A stretch of 64,000 bases of DNA from an uncultured Gemmatimonadales bacterium (GCA_963728915.1 CAVSLV010000001.1:1440001-1504000), one strand, 5' to 3'. Counted from the first letter of the stretch, positions 31,404 through 47,489 are shown. Numbers and translations are program-made. The notes: a model not told the origin generated them from the letters alone.

Positions 31404-32538
31404 TCACTCCTTTCCCGCGTCGGGGGGAAGCACCGGCAGCTCGCCCTTGCGCCGCTCTCGTACCTGGTGAACTCCGGTGGCGATCGCGTGGGCCGCCACT
31501 CCGGCGGTCGCCCCGATCGCGAGCGCCGCGCCCATGATGTCCACGGTGCGCTCGACCCCGAACCCGCCCACATCAGGCAACCGGTCGTAGAACGGAGTCA
31601 TGGTGTCCCAGAAATTCCGCTCGGTGCAGCCGATGCAGGGATGCCCCGCCCCGATCGGCCAGCTGGTCCCACCGTTCCACTGGAAGATCGGACAGGGCGA
31701 GAACGTCGCCGGGCCCTTGCAGCCGACATGGTAAAGACACCAGCCCTTGCGGGCGTTCTCGTCGTCGAACACCTCGACATACTGTCCCGCGTCGAAGTGG
31801 GCCCGGCGGGGACACTGATCGTGGATCCGCTTGCCGTAGGCGAACAGCGGCCTCCCATCGGCATCCGTCGCCGGAAGCCGGTTGAAGGTGAGGAAGTGCG
31901 CCACCGTGGCCGTGACGACATCACCGATGGGCGGGCAGCCGGCCACGTTGATCATCGGCTTGTCCTTGATCACTTCGGCGACCCCCACGGCCCCGGTGGG
32001 GTTGGGGCGGGCAGCCTGAACACTCCCCCAGTGGGCGCACGCCCCAACCGCCACGATCGCCGCAGCTCCCTGGGCTGCCTCCTCGAGGACCGCCTTTGCG
32101 GTGCGGCCGCCGATCGTGGTGTAGATCCCATCCTCCGCGAGCGGCACCGACCCGGTGACGACGAGGAGGTATTTCCCCGCGTTCTGCTTCATGGCCTGCT
32201 GGAGCGCCGCTTCGGCCTGATGTCCTGCCGCAGCCATGAGGGTGTGGGAGTAATCGAGGGAGACGACGTCGAGCACCAGGTTCCCGATGGTGGGCTCGAC
32301 CGTGCGGAGCACGCTCTCCACGCATCCGGTGCATTCCTGGAGCTGAATCCAGATGACGCTCGGGCGTTTGACCGCTTCGAGAGCGTGGGCCAGCCGCGCC
32401 CCGGCTGCCTCCGTCAAGACCAAGCACGATGGCGAGCCGGCCACAGAATTCGAGGAATTCGCGCCGGGAAACCCCCGCGCCTCCAACCTGTCTCGGAGTG
32501 TCTCGCCTTCCTGCCGAGATCAGCTCGGGAAATGCCAT
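31404..32538 (-). CDS. hyaA: Group 1 [NiFe]-hydrogenase small subunit with Tat signal (frameshift near 32415)
   Basis: [50 protein letters not shown]-terminal TM anchor. Confidence 0.95.
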
Positions 32539-32626
32539 GGAAGTGCCTCCTGCGAATGGCCGGATCCGACCTTGCTCAGGAGGGTACGGAAAGAGCTGTG
32601 AAGATTTGGTTAAGAGGGGGTGAAAA

Positions 32627-32667
32627 GGCGGACAAGAGAGGCGGACAGGCGGACAGGCGGACAGGCA
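32627..32667 (+). repeat. 8-mer tandem repeat (GGCGGACA), intergenic
   Basis: ggcggacaagaga ggcggaca ggcggaca ggcggaca ggcag, just beyond the glpK stop. Confidence 0.85.
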
Positions 32668-32668
32668 G

Positions 32669-34163
32669 CTACCGGTTAATGGAGTCTGACCCCCATTTCG
32701 CCCAGTGGAGGGCGGCGCCCACCGCACGATGCCATCCTCGAGACGCCGCCTCTGCTTCACTGGTGCCCGGCATCGAACCGGGTGAACGCGCCGATGCCCG
32801 GAAATTCCTCGATGCTGCGCCAGACGCCCAGCGCGAGACCGGCGAGCGCGGCAGCACCCAGAGCGCGTTGTTTCCACGTTCGCGGGCCGCTCGACCGGGA
32901 TCCCCAGTACATCGGCCTGAAATTGCATCAGCCAGTCATTGGCGGTGGCGCCGCCATCAACCCGGAGCTCCGATGGCGTGACATCGGTCGCCGCCACCAT
33001 GGCCTCGAGCAGCTCCTGGGAGCTGAACGCGATGGCCTCGAGGCCGGCCCGGACCAGGTGGGCCCGGGTGGTACCGCGGGTTAGACCGGTGATGGTCCCC
33101 CGCGCTTCGGCTTCCCAGTGCGGGCTGCCCAGCCCGACGAACGCCGGGACCAGGTGCACCCCTCCGGTATCCGGCACCGAAGCCGCCAGCATGGCCGATT
33201 CGGCCGAGCTTTCCAGCAGGCCGAGGCCGTCCCGGAGCCACTGGATCACCGCGCCCGCGATGAACACGCTGCCTTCCAGGGCAAACCCGCCGCGACCCCT
33301 GGGGTCGCACGCCGCCGTCGCCAGCAAGCCCTCGGGTGGAGCGGGGGGAGTTTCGCCGGTGTAGAGGAGCAGGAACGCTCCGGTCCCATAGGTGTTCTTC
33401 GCCATGCCCTGCCGCACACATCCCTGCCCGAACAAGGCCGCCTGCTGATCTCCCGCAATACCCGCGATGGGCAGTGGGAAAGCCGAACAACTCCGGATCG
33501 GTCTCGCCGCAGACGCCGGAGGAATCAACGATCGCGGGCAACATCCGGTCGGGGATCCGGAACAGCGCGGTCAGGTCGCGGTCCCAATCGCCCGAGGCGA
33601 GGCGATACAGCATGGTGCGTGAGGCGTTGGTGCGGTCGGTCGCATGGACCCGGCCACCAGTGAGCCGGGCAATGAGCCAGGTATCCACCGTACCGGCGAG
33701 CAGCTCGCCCCGCTCGGCGCGCCAGCGGAGCTCGGAATCACGGAGCAACCACTCGAGCTTGGTGGCCGAAAAGTATGGATCGGCCACTAACCCGGTCCGG
33801 GCCCGGATGTCCGCCTCGAGACCGGCGGACCGAAGCTCACGGCAGCGCCCGGCGGTGCGCCGGTCCTGCCAGACGATCGCGGGGGCGACCGGTTTGAGGG
33901 TTGCGCGATCCCAGAGCACCACGGTTTCGCGCTGGTTGGTAATCCCGATGCCCACCGGGTCGCTCGCCCGCGGCCGAGAGCGCCTCACGCGCGGCGATTA
34001 CGGTGGACTGGAAGAGCTCTTCCGGGTCGTGCTCGACCCAGCCCGGCTCGGGGAAATGCTGGGCGAACTCGCGGCGGCCTGCACCGAGAATGGTCCCGTC
34101 CTGATGGACGACCAAGGCCCGGGAACTGGTCGTTCCCTGGTCCAGCGCGAGCATCGAGGTCAT
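32669..34163 (-). CDS. glpK: Glycerol kinase (several frameshifts)
   Basis: [56 protein letters not shown]. Confidence 0.95.
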
Positions 34164-34306
34164 GACGGAGGGGAAGTTAGCGGCTCACCGGGCCCACCAC
34201 GGGATTCCTTCCGGACGGAAAAGCCCAGTGGTTCTGGAGTGAGGGGATTCCCTGAATCGGGGGAGGTTCTTCGGGGCTATTTTGCGGGAAACGGGGGTGG
34301 GTCTCG

Positions 34307-35134
34307 ATGACGCAGCGCCGATTCCGGATTCTCCGAGTGCTCCTGCCGGCCGCGCTCGTCTGCGGTTCAGCAGGAGTGCTCTCCGCGCACGACCTCTTCA
34401 TCAAGTTGCGCAGCTACTTCCTCCCCGCGGAGACCGCGGTGGAGGCCCGGTTGCTCAACGGAACCTGGACCCGAAGCGAGAACGCGATCGCTCGGAATCG
34501 GATCGCCGACTTCTCCCTGGTGGGCCCGACCGGACGCGCCCGGCTCGACACCATCGCCGTTCTTCCCCGCGGAGACACGACCCTGGTTCGCTTCCGCACC
34601 GGCGCACCGGGCACCTATGTCCTCGGCATTTCGATCCGGGCCAGCGAAATCTCGCTCGCGGCCAAGGACTTCAACGCCTACCTCAAGGAAGAGGGTATCA
34701 CCGAAACCCTCGCCGAGCGGACCCGGAGTGGGACTCTGGATCAGCCGGCGCGAGAGCAATATTCCAAGCACGTGAAGGCGATCCTTCAGGTCGGCGACGA
34801 GCGCAACGAGGCCTATGCGACGGTCCTGGGATATCCGGCCGAGATCGTGCCGCTCGAGAATCCCTACCAACGCAAAGTGGGAGAGACCATCCGGGTCCGT
34901 TGCCTGGTGGACGGGATTGCCACCGCGGGGCTCACGGTACTCGCCGGCGGCACCAGCGCGCAGGGGGGTCCCATCCGGGAAAGTTCCGCGGTGACCGATG
35001 CGGCCGGGATCGCGGCGATTTCCCTGCCTTCCGCCGGCCGATGGTACGTAAAGTTCATCAGCATGCGGCGATCCGCCGAGGGCAATCTCACCCACCGGTC
35101 ACGGTGGGCCACTCTCACGTTTCAAGTACGCTGA
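34307..35134 (+). CDS. Exported DUF4198-like (putative metal-uptake) protein
   Basis: Signal peptide with mature N-terminal His (SA|HDLFI); FNAYLKEEG; EIVPLENPY; TDAAG; WATLTF. Confidence 0.75.
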   Translation: MTQRRFRILRVLLPAALVCGSAGVLSAHDLFIKLRSYFLPAETAVEARLLNGTWTRSENAIARNRIADFSLVGPTGRARLDTIAVLPRGDTTLVRFRTGAPGTYVLGISIRASEISLAAKDFNAYLKEEGITETLAERTRSGTLDQPAREQYSKHVKAILQVGDERNEAYATVLGYPAEIVPLENPYQRKVGETIRVRCLVDGIATAGLTVLAGGTSAQGGPIRESSAVTDAAGIAAISLPSAGRWYVKFISMRRSAEGNLTHRSRWATLTFQVR

Positions 35135-35155
35135 CCATGACCGGCCCACCGGGGC

Positions 35156-36163
35156 CTAGTGGCCCATGGCCACGGCCCTGGGGCTCCCCACCGTGATCAG
35201 CCCCACCGCGCCGAGGCTCGCATCCGCGAAGGCGTGGGTGACGAACGCATAGCGGCCTTCCTCGTTGAACCGGGTCTCGAGCACCGCACCGCTGCCCGGC
35301 GGGATCTGCTGGGTCTGCAGTCCGTGGAGCACGGTATGGGGATCCCCGTCGGGAAACACCGCATCAAAGATCGTCCCCACGATGTGAAACGCGCTGAACC
35401 GGTTGGGCCCGGCATTCACGACGAAGAAGCGGACCCGGTCGCCCCGGTCGACCTGGAGCGGCGCCGCCTGATACTGGCCGGCCCGGCCGTTGAACACGAC
35501 ATAACCCGCGTGGTTCTCCAGCATCGCGGTCCAGTCCCCTTCCCGGATCGCACTGTCGGCGGCGGGCTTGGGATAGAACTCGCTCTGAACCACCACGAAC
35601 TCCTTGTCGACCCGGTTCGGCCAGCCGCCGGCGGGATCCACGATGATCGGCAAGTACATGCCCTGGGCGATATGCATCAGCACCGGCGGAGTCCCGCAGT
35701 GAACCATGAAGGCCCCCGGCGTGGTCGCGGTGAACTCGAACGCCAACGAGTCCCCCGGGGCGATCGACTTCATCGCCTGATCCATGGGAAGCCGAGCCGC
35801 ATGGAGATCGATCGAGTGCGGCATGTCCTTCGCCTGGTTCACGATCTTGATCCGCACCAGGTCGCCCTGACGGACCCGAATCACCGGGCCCGGCACGGTT
35901 CCCCCGAACGTCCATGCGACGTACTTCACACCATCGGCGATCTCGATGGTGTCATTGGTCATGGGAATCCGGAATTCCTTGATCGGAGCGGTTCCAACCG
36001 GAGCGAGCCGCGCATCAAACGCCGGCGCAGTGGAAGTCCGGGTCACCCCGAAGTCCACGACCTGCACCGCTTTCTCTTTCCCAAGAGCGCCGGCAAGCAC
36101 CGCGGCGCCCGCGATTCCCAGTGTAGTCAGAATGGTCATTGGCCAACGAACTGTCTTTCCCAC
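35156..36163 (-). CDS. nirK: Copper-containing nitrite reductase (two-domain cupredoxin)
   Basis: HSIDLH (type-1 His, catalytic Asp, type-2 His); HCGTPPVLMHIAQGM; FSAFHIVG (catalytic His); FVTH; RBS AGGAG before GTG. Confidence 0.8.
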   Translation of the reverse strand: MGKTVRWPMTILTTLGIAGAAVLAGALGKEKAVQVVDFGVTRTSTAPAFDARLAPVGTAPIKEFRIPMTNDTIEIADGVKYVAWTFGGTVPGPVIRVRQGDLVRIKIVNQAKDMPHSIDLHAARLPMDQAMKSIAPGDSLAFEFTATTPGAFMVHCGTPPVLMHIAQGMYLPIIVDPAGGWPNRVDKEFVVVQSEFYPKPAADSAIREGDWTAMLENHAGYVVFNGRAGQYQAAPLQVDRGDRVRFFVVNAGPNRFSAFHIVGTIFDAVFPDGDPHTVLHGLQTQQIPPGSGAVLETRFNEEGRYAFVTHAFADASLGAVGLITVGSPRAVAMGH

Positions 36164-36212
36164 GGTTGCTCCTGTGCGTCATGTAGGTGTGAACAGGATG
36201 CTTGTCTGTCCA

Positions 36213-36226
36213 TAAAGACATCTTTA
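36213..36226. promoter_or_regulatory. AT-rich inverted repeat TAAAGA-CA-TCTTTA upstream of nirK (possible operator)
   Basis: Palindrome in the divergent nirK / crotonase intergenic region. Confidence 0.35.
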
Positions 36227-36295
36227 ACGTTTGAGTAAGGGATCTTCATCGACCTCCCCCCGGTATCTTCTGGCACCTTCTACCCGAGCCTGGTC

Positions 36296-37072
36296 ATGGC
36301 GTATTCCACCCTCCTCCTTGAGACCCGCGACGGGATCGCCCGGATCACGATCAATCGCCCTGAGAAGCTCAATGCGCTGAACGACGCCGTGATCACCGAG
36401 CTTGGTGACGCGGCCGCCAGGCTCACCACGGAATCGGGAATCCGGGCGGCGATCATCACGGGCGCCGGGGAGAAGGCCTTCGTGGCCGGGGCGGACATCG
36501 GCGAGCTGGCCCGCTGCAACCCGCTCGAGGCGCGCACCCTCTCTCAGAAGGGAAGCCGGGTATTCCGGCAGCTCGAGCTCTGTCCCAAACCGGTCGTCGC
36601 CGCGGTGAATGGCTTCGCCCTGGGCGGCGGCTGCGAGCTTGCGATGGCGTGCCACATCCGCATCGCGAGTGAGAACGCCAGGTTCGGCCAGCCTGAAGTC
36701 AAGCTGGGGATCATCCCCGGATACGGAGGCACGGTGCGTCTCCCCCGGCTGGTGGGCCGAGGGCGTGCGCTCGAGCTCCTGCTCTCGGGCGCACCGATCG
36801 ATGCCCGGGAGGCTCACCGCATCGGGCTGGCGAACCGCGTCGTCCCACTGAGCCAGCTTCTGGCCGAAGCAGAAACCCTGATTCGGGCCATGCTCGAGAA
36901 TGGACCGCTCGCGTTGCGCGGGTGCCTGGAGGCCCTCGATCAGCAGGAAAGCCGGCCTCTGGAGGAAGCCCTGAACCTGGAAAGCCAGCGGTTCGGAGAC
37001 CTGGCCGGAACCCCGGATTTTCGGGAGGGGACCAGCGCCTTTCTGGAGAAGCGAAAACCCACCTTTCAGTAG
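36296..37072 (+). CDS. Enoyl-CoA hydratase (canonical crotonase)
   Basis: AFVAGADI, GGGCELAMAC, FGQPEVKLGIIPGYGGT; both catalytic Glu present. Confidence 0.93.
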   Translation: MAYSTLLLETRDGIARITINRPEKLNALNDAVITELGDAAARLTTESGIRAAIITGAGEKAFVAGADIGELARCNPLEARTLSQKGSRVFRQLELCPKPVVAAVNGFALGGGCELAMACHIRIASENARFGQPEVKLGIIPGYGGTVRLPRLVGRGRALELLLSGAPIDAREAHRIGLANRVVPLSQLLAEAETLIRAMLENGPLALRGCLEALDQQESRPLEEALNLESQRFGDLAGTPDFREGTSAFLEKRKPTFQ

Positions 37073-37109
37073 TGCAATCCGGAGCCCTAACCCCTTAAAT
37101 TTCGGGGTG

Positions 37110-38239
37110 ATGCGGGCCGAACGAATCGTCGCGCGAGGGTTCCGGAATCTGGTCGATCTGGACCTTGTTCTGCCCCCGGCCGGCGCCGCATTTCTGGGCC
37201 GGAATGGGCAAGGAAAAACCAACCTTCTCGAGTTGCTGTACTACCCCGTTCTGTTCCGTTCGCTGCGAGGCTCAAGAGACGGCGAAATCGCTCGCCACGG
37301 CGAGGCCGGGTTCGGCTTGACCATGCAGGTCCGGACCTCCGGACCGAGCCGCCCGGGAGCCGTCAGCATCGCGAGCGAATTCCGGTCGGCCGAAAAAGAG
37401 AAATCGGCGACGGTGGACGGAGTCCGGTCCGAGCGGTTGGGCGACGCGATCGGCCGCTGGCTGGCGGTGGCGTTCCTGCCTGCCGACCTCAGGCTGGTCC
37501 ATGGATCGAGCGCGGAGCGGCGCCAGTATCTCGACCGCGTGCTGGCACTTGCCGATCGGGGATATCTCACGGCGCTTACCAGATACCGCCGGGCGCTCGC
37601 GCAGCGAAATGCGGCGCTCCGTCAGCAGCAATCCGCTCTGGCGGCCGCGTTCGACGGAATCCTCGCCGAAGCCGGCGCCCTCCTGGTGCGCCGCCGAATG
37701 GAGTGGGTGAGGGAGTCCGCCGAGCTCTTCACCGCGGAATGCGACGGCCTGGGGGAGACGACGGCGACGACCGTGCGGTACCGGGGCGACGAGGATCTTG
37801 CCGAGGCCGATGCCTGGGGCGGAGCCCTTCGCCGGGCGGCGTCACGCGATCAGGCCCTCGGCATGACGACGGTGGGACCCCATCGTCACGATCTCGAGCT
37901 CCGCCTGGGGAAACGGCGCTTCCGCGAAGCGGGCTCCACCGGCCAGCAGCGGACCGCGGCGATCGCCCTCAAGCTCTGTGAGCTGGCGACTCTCGCTTCG
38001 GCCTCCGGGTCGGCGCCGGCGCTCCTGCTCGATGACGTGTTCGCCGAGCTGGATTCCGGGCGCCAGACGAAGCTCGCGGACCGACTGGCCGCCCCGAGAC
38101 CCGGAATGACCGGCGCGCCACCGCAGACGTTCCTGACTTCGCCCCGGGGCGATGAGCTGCCCGAGGTGTTCCCGCTCGAGCGGTTTGCGGTCGAAGGCGG
38201 TGCGATCCGAGAGGCCTCCCGGGCGCGGGAACTGGTCGC

Positions 38240-38243
<4 letters not shown>
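37110..38243 (+). CDS. recF: DNA replication and repair protein RecF
   Basis: GFRNL, GRNGQGKTNLLE, GPHRHDL, GSTGQQR, LLLDDVFAELD. Confidence 0.95.
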
Positions 38244-40535
<2,292 letters not shown>

Positions 40536-40538
40536 GTG

Positions 40539-41852
40539 CTAGGTGCTGGCCGTCACCCGTTCCTGAATCAGGGGTAGTGGCGAGGCGGTGTCTCCGATCC
40601 GGAGCACCGCCTCGATCGCTTTCTTCGCCTGCTCGGCGTCCGATTCGGTCCGCGCGTGCACTACGGCGAGGACCTCGCCCCTGGCCACCCGGTCGCCCGG
40701 CTTGACCGGGATCACGATCCCGACCGACGGATCGATCACGTCGTCGGTGCGGGACCTCCCGCCACCCAGCGCGATGATCGCGTGGCCGATCGGGCGGGGT
40801 GGAATCTCCGCGACCACGCCGGTCCTGGTCGCCTTGACGTCGCGGATGACCGGAGCCCGGGGCAGGAGGTCGTAGGAGTCGACGACCCGGGGCTCTCCCC
40901 CCTGCGCCTGCACCAGCTTCGCGAACATCTCGATGGCGCGTCCCGAACGGATCGTCTCCTCGAGTCGGGCTTTCGCGACATCCGCATCCTTCTCGACTCC
41001 AGCCACCAGCAGCATCTCCACCGCGAGCGCCATGGTGACTTCCATGAGATCCGGGGGTCCTTGGCCCTTGAGGCCCTCCAGCGATTCGATCACCTCGAGC
41101 GCATTGCCACAGGCAAACCCGAGCGGGCGATCCATGGCGGTGAGCAGGGCCACCGTTCGGCAGCCGTGCGAAGCACCGATCCCGATCATGGTCTTCGCGA
41201 GCACCAGCGACTGGGCCGGATCGGTAATGAACGCCCCACTCCCGGTCTTGATGTCGAGCACCAGGCCCTGCAAGCCCTCGGCGAGCTTCTTCGACATGAT
41301 GCTCGCCGAGATGAGCGGGATCGACTCGACCGTGCCGGTCACGTCGCGGAGGGCGTAGAGCTTCCGGTCCGCGGGGCAGATCTCGGGGGTCTGCCCCAGC
41401 ATGACCACGCCGAGGCGCTTGACCTGCGCGATGGCCTGGTCGAGCGAGAGCCGCACGGTGAAGCCGGGGATGGCCTCGAGCTTGTCGAGGGTGCCGCCGG
41501 TGTGCCCCAAGCCGCGTCCCGAGATCATCGGAACCGCGACGCCGCAGCACGCGACCATCGGCGCCAGCAGCAGGGAGGTCTTGTCGCCCACCCCGCCAAT
41601 CGAGTGCTTGTCGACCCGGGGAATCGCCAAGTCACCGAATTCCAGGGTCGACCCGGAGTGGAGCATGGCGTCGGTCAGCGCCGCGAGCTCGTCGGGCTCG
41701 AGCCCGCGCCAGACCACCGCCATGGCCAGCGCGCTCATCTGGTAGTCGGGCAGCTCGTCGCGCGCGTACGCGGCGATGAGCGCACGCCAGTCGTCCGGGC
41801 GCAAGGCCCGGCCGTCTCGCTTGGCTTCGATGAGTCGCGGGACGTGAATCAG
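40539..41852 (-). CDS. deoA: Thymidine / pyrimidine-nucleoside phosphorylase
   Basis: PDYQMSA, DKHSIGGVGDK, SGRGLGHTGGTLDKLE, LRDVTGTV, SIMSKK; the frame extends upstream through PRLIEAKRDG to CTG 41852. Confidence 0.93.
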   Translation of the reverse strand: MIHVPRLIEAKRDGRALRPDDWRALIAAYARDELPDYQMSALAMAVVWRGLEPDELAALTDAMLHSGSTLEFGDLAIPRVDKHSIGGVGDKTSLLLAPMVACCGVAVPMISGRGLGHTGGTLDKLEAIPGFTVRLSLDQAIAQVKRLGVVMLGQTPEICPADRKLYALRDVTGTVESIPLISASIMSKKLAEGLQGLVLDIKTGSGAFITDPAQSLVLAKTMIGIGASHGCRTVALLTAMDRPLGFACGNALEVIESLEGLKGQGPPDLMEVTMALAVEMLLVAGVEKDADVAKARLEETIRSGRAIEMFAKLVQAQGGEPRVVDSYDLLPRAPVIRDVKATRTGVVAEIPPRPIGHAIIALGGGRSRTDDVIDPSVGIVIPVKPGDRVARGEVLAVVHARTESDAEQAKKAIEAVLRIGDTASPLPLIQERVTAST

Positions 41853-41856
41853 AGAA

Positions 41857-44835
<2,979 letters not shown>

Positions 44836-44839
<4 letters not shown>

Positions 44840-46128
44840 CCCGGTAGCACGCCCAGGCCTTCCAGCAGGAGGGAGGGCACGCAGGCCGATCCCACCCAGG
44901 TCGGGTCGCTGGCGATGGCCCCGATCCGATTGAGCGCCGCGAAGGTGTTCCCCACCAGCTGAAGGCCCTCCAGCCGGCCGGTGACCCGGCCGTTCTCCAC
45001 CAGGTAGGTCCACGGAGCCGGCAGACGGAAGGTTCCTCGGAGGGGATTGGGCCCGGAGCGCCACTCCAGCTCGTCCACCAGGAGTCCCCGCCCCATCATG
45101 GTGAGAAGGGTCGCCCGGGTCTCCACCCCCGGAGTCACTCGCACATTGGAGAACCCGACCCGGGAGCCCCCCTGCCGCCGCCATCCGTGCCCGGTCGATG
45201 GCACCCCGGACCGGGCGCCGGTCTCGAGATCGGCGAGGAACCCGTTCACCCTTCCGCGTTCGATCAGCACGATACTCCGGGTCACCACGCCGTCATCGTC
45301 CACCGGGCGGGAGCCCGGCCGTCCCGGCGCGAGCGGGTCGTCGATCACGGTGAGCCGGGGATCGAAGACCCGCTCGCCGACCTGGTGGCGCAGGGGGGAC
45401 TCGCCGGCGAGGGCCTGGCGGCCGGTCAGCGCGGCGCGGAGCGGGAGCAGGAACGTGGCGAGGGCCCGGGGGGACAGGACGACCGGCATGACCGGATCGA
45501 GCCTGCTCCGGGACAGGAGCCGCGGCTCGAGCCGGGCTTCCACCTCGGAGACCAGACCCTCCAGATCGCTCAGCTCGGGCAGCGCGGCGCCGGACCAGTG
45601 GACCCGGCAAGGGGGTGCATAACCCGCACCGATGCTCTCGACCACCGCCCCGGCCCCGGCCAGCGTCACGTCGTAGCCGGTCAGCACCCCGCGGGTATTC
45701 CCCACCCGCACCGATCCGGCCGACCGCTCGGCCCACACTTCCACCCGGCGATGGCTCCGCCGCAGGCGCTCGAACAGGTTCCGGGCGATTCCCTCGAGCG
45801 CGGGCGCCCCGGCCGACACCGCCTGGGCCGATCGGGTCGCGACCTGGGGAAGCGGGGCCGGCACCGGGACCTGGAGCTCGAGCGTGGGACCGGCGGCCGC
45901 GGCGGCGAGGGCGCGGTCGCGGAGCGCGGCGGCATCCAGGGCGGCGCCGGACCCGTAGCCGATCCGTCCTTCGTGCATAACCCGCAAATGCGAGCAGGCG
46001 GACGTGGCGGCCCAGATCCGGCTGTGGCCATCGGGAGCGAGCGACAGGGTGAGGGTGTCGTCCTCCTTGATGACCGCGTCGGCCCGCTGGGTATGGGGCG
46101 CCACCGCATCGAGCAGAACCCCGATCAC
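44836..46128 (-). CDS. TldE/PmbA family protein
   Basis: LTVIDDP, PVDDDGV, LIERG, STGHG; adjacent to the tldD-like gene. Confidence 0.85.
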
Positions 46129-47489
46129 GTCAGCTCACACCCGACCACCGCCCGGGCGATCCGAAGATGGGGCGCCCCCGTGGTCATCGGCACCAGGCCT
46201 GCCGCTCCGTCCCGGCAGTGGGATGCTCCAGTCTCCCAGCGGAAATCCCCCGCCACCGCGTCGATCTTCCCCAGGAGCTCCAGCAGCTCTCCGCTCAGCC
46301 GGACGCCTTTCACGGGCTCCGCGAGACGGCCATCCCGGATCATCCGCGCCGAGCCGGGGCGAAGCAGGAGCCCGGCTTCGGAAGACTCGCACCCCAGCGC
46401 ATCGCTCAGGTAGAGGCCGGTTGGGATCCCCTCGAGCAGGTCTTCCAGGGCGCCCGACCCCGGGGCGAGAAACGAGTTGGTCGCGCGGGGATAGGGCGTC
46501 CCGGTCACGGTGGCGGCCCGGGCATGACCGGTTGGAGGGGCGCCGGTGGAACCCGCGGTCTCGCGGCAATGCAGGTGACCGAGCACGATGCCGTTCTGCA
46601 CCACCATGGTGCGCCGAGCCTCGGTCCCTTCGTCATCGTAGGGGCCCGATCCGACGAGACCGGGGACGGTGGGATCGTCGCCGACCGTGAGAAGCTCGGG
46701 CCCGATCCGCGCGCCCAGCGGAAGCACATCGGCGTCGGCGCCGGGGAGCGCAGGCCGGCCGGCGTGGACGATGGCCCGGTGCAGCAGGACTCCGGCCGCG
46801 GCGGGATCGAGGATCACCGGGTAGGCACCGGAGCGAACCGGGATGGCCTCGAGCCGGTTCACCGCGCGCTGCCCGGTCTCCGCCAGGACCTCCTCGATCG
46901 GGTCGAGCGCATTCCACCCGGGACAGGTGAACGACCCCAGGCCCCGCTCGACCGCGCCATCCTGCCGCGCGACCGCGAGAATCATCACCGTCACCCGCGA
47001 CCGGAGGTCCTGGATCCAGGCGCCTTCCGAGGTACCCAGCCAGGTTTCCACCACCTCGTCCCGTGCCAGGATGCGGGCGGCCTGGATCCGCCGGTCCTGG
47101 TCCATGAGCCGTGCCGCCATCTGCTCGACTCGGTCGCGCTTGGCGAGGAGCGGGACGGTGCGGGGATCGTCCGCCAGCGTGTCGCCGGCCTCGTGCTGGC
47201 GGATCGGAATCGGGGCGAGCCGGATGGTGGAACGTGACCCGCATCCGAGCGACAGCTCGTGGGCGCGGAGGAGGTGGGTGTCGAGATGGTCGGACCCGTC
47301 GAATCCGACCGCCCCCCAGCCGGTTTCCGAGGAGCAGCAGCGCGCGATTCCGCCCAGCTCCATCGATTCCTGGGCCCCGTCGACCGTGCGATCGCGCAGC
47401 AGGACCGAGGAGGTCCAGATTCGCCGGAGCCGGAGCTCGCTATACCCGGCGCGCGAGCGAGTCAGCGCGTCGAGGATCGGCTCCTTCAC
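46125..47489 (-). CDS. TldD family protein (HExxxH altered to HRAIVH)
   Basis: PVILDP.AAGVLLH, LTVGDDPT, YDDEG, TGHARA, PRATN, PHLRI. Confidence 0.85.
   Translation of the reverse strand: MKEPILDALTRSRAGYSELRLRRIWTSSVLLRDRTVDGAQESMELGGIARCCSSETGWGAVGFDGSDHLDTHLLRAHELSLGCGSRSTIRLAPIPIRQHEAGDTLADDPRTVPLLAKRDRVEQMAARLMDQDRRIQAARILARDEVVETWLGTSEGAWIQDLRSRVTVMILAVARQDGAVERGLGSFTCPGWNALDPIEEVLAETGQRAVNRLEAIPVRSGAYPVILDPAAAGVLLHRAIVHAGRPALPGADADVLPLGARIGPELLTVGDDPTVPGLVGSGPYDDEGTEARRTMVVQNGIVLGHLHCRETAGSTGAPPTGHARAATVTGTPYPRATNSFLAPGSGALEDLLEGIPTGLYLSDALGCESSEAGLLLRPGSARMIRDGRLAEPVKGVRLSGELLELLGKIDAVAGDFRWETGASHCRDGAAGLVPMTTGAPHLRIARAVVGCELT

Noticed and set aside
32596..32614. Rex operator upstream of the hydrogenase
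   Set aside because: Only one half (TGTGAA) resembles the consensus.
32627..32667. CRISPR array
   Set aside because: 8-nt units without spacers; no cas genes; no CRISPR-like repeat-spacer pattern seen anywhere in the window.
10148..34163. Calling ccmF, hypF, the hya genes and glpK pseudogenes
   Set aside because: All catalytic motifs are intact across frames and only single-base indels are seen, which fits read error.
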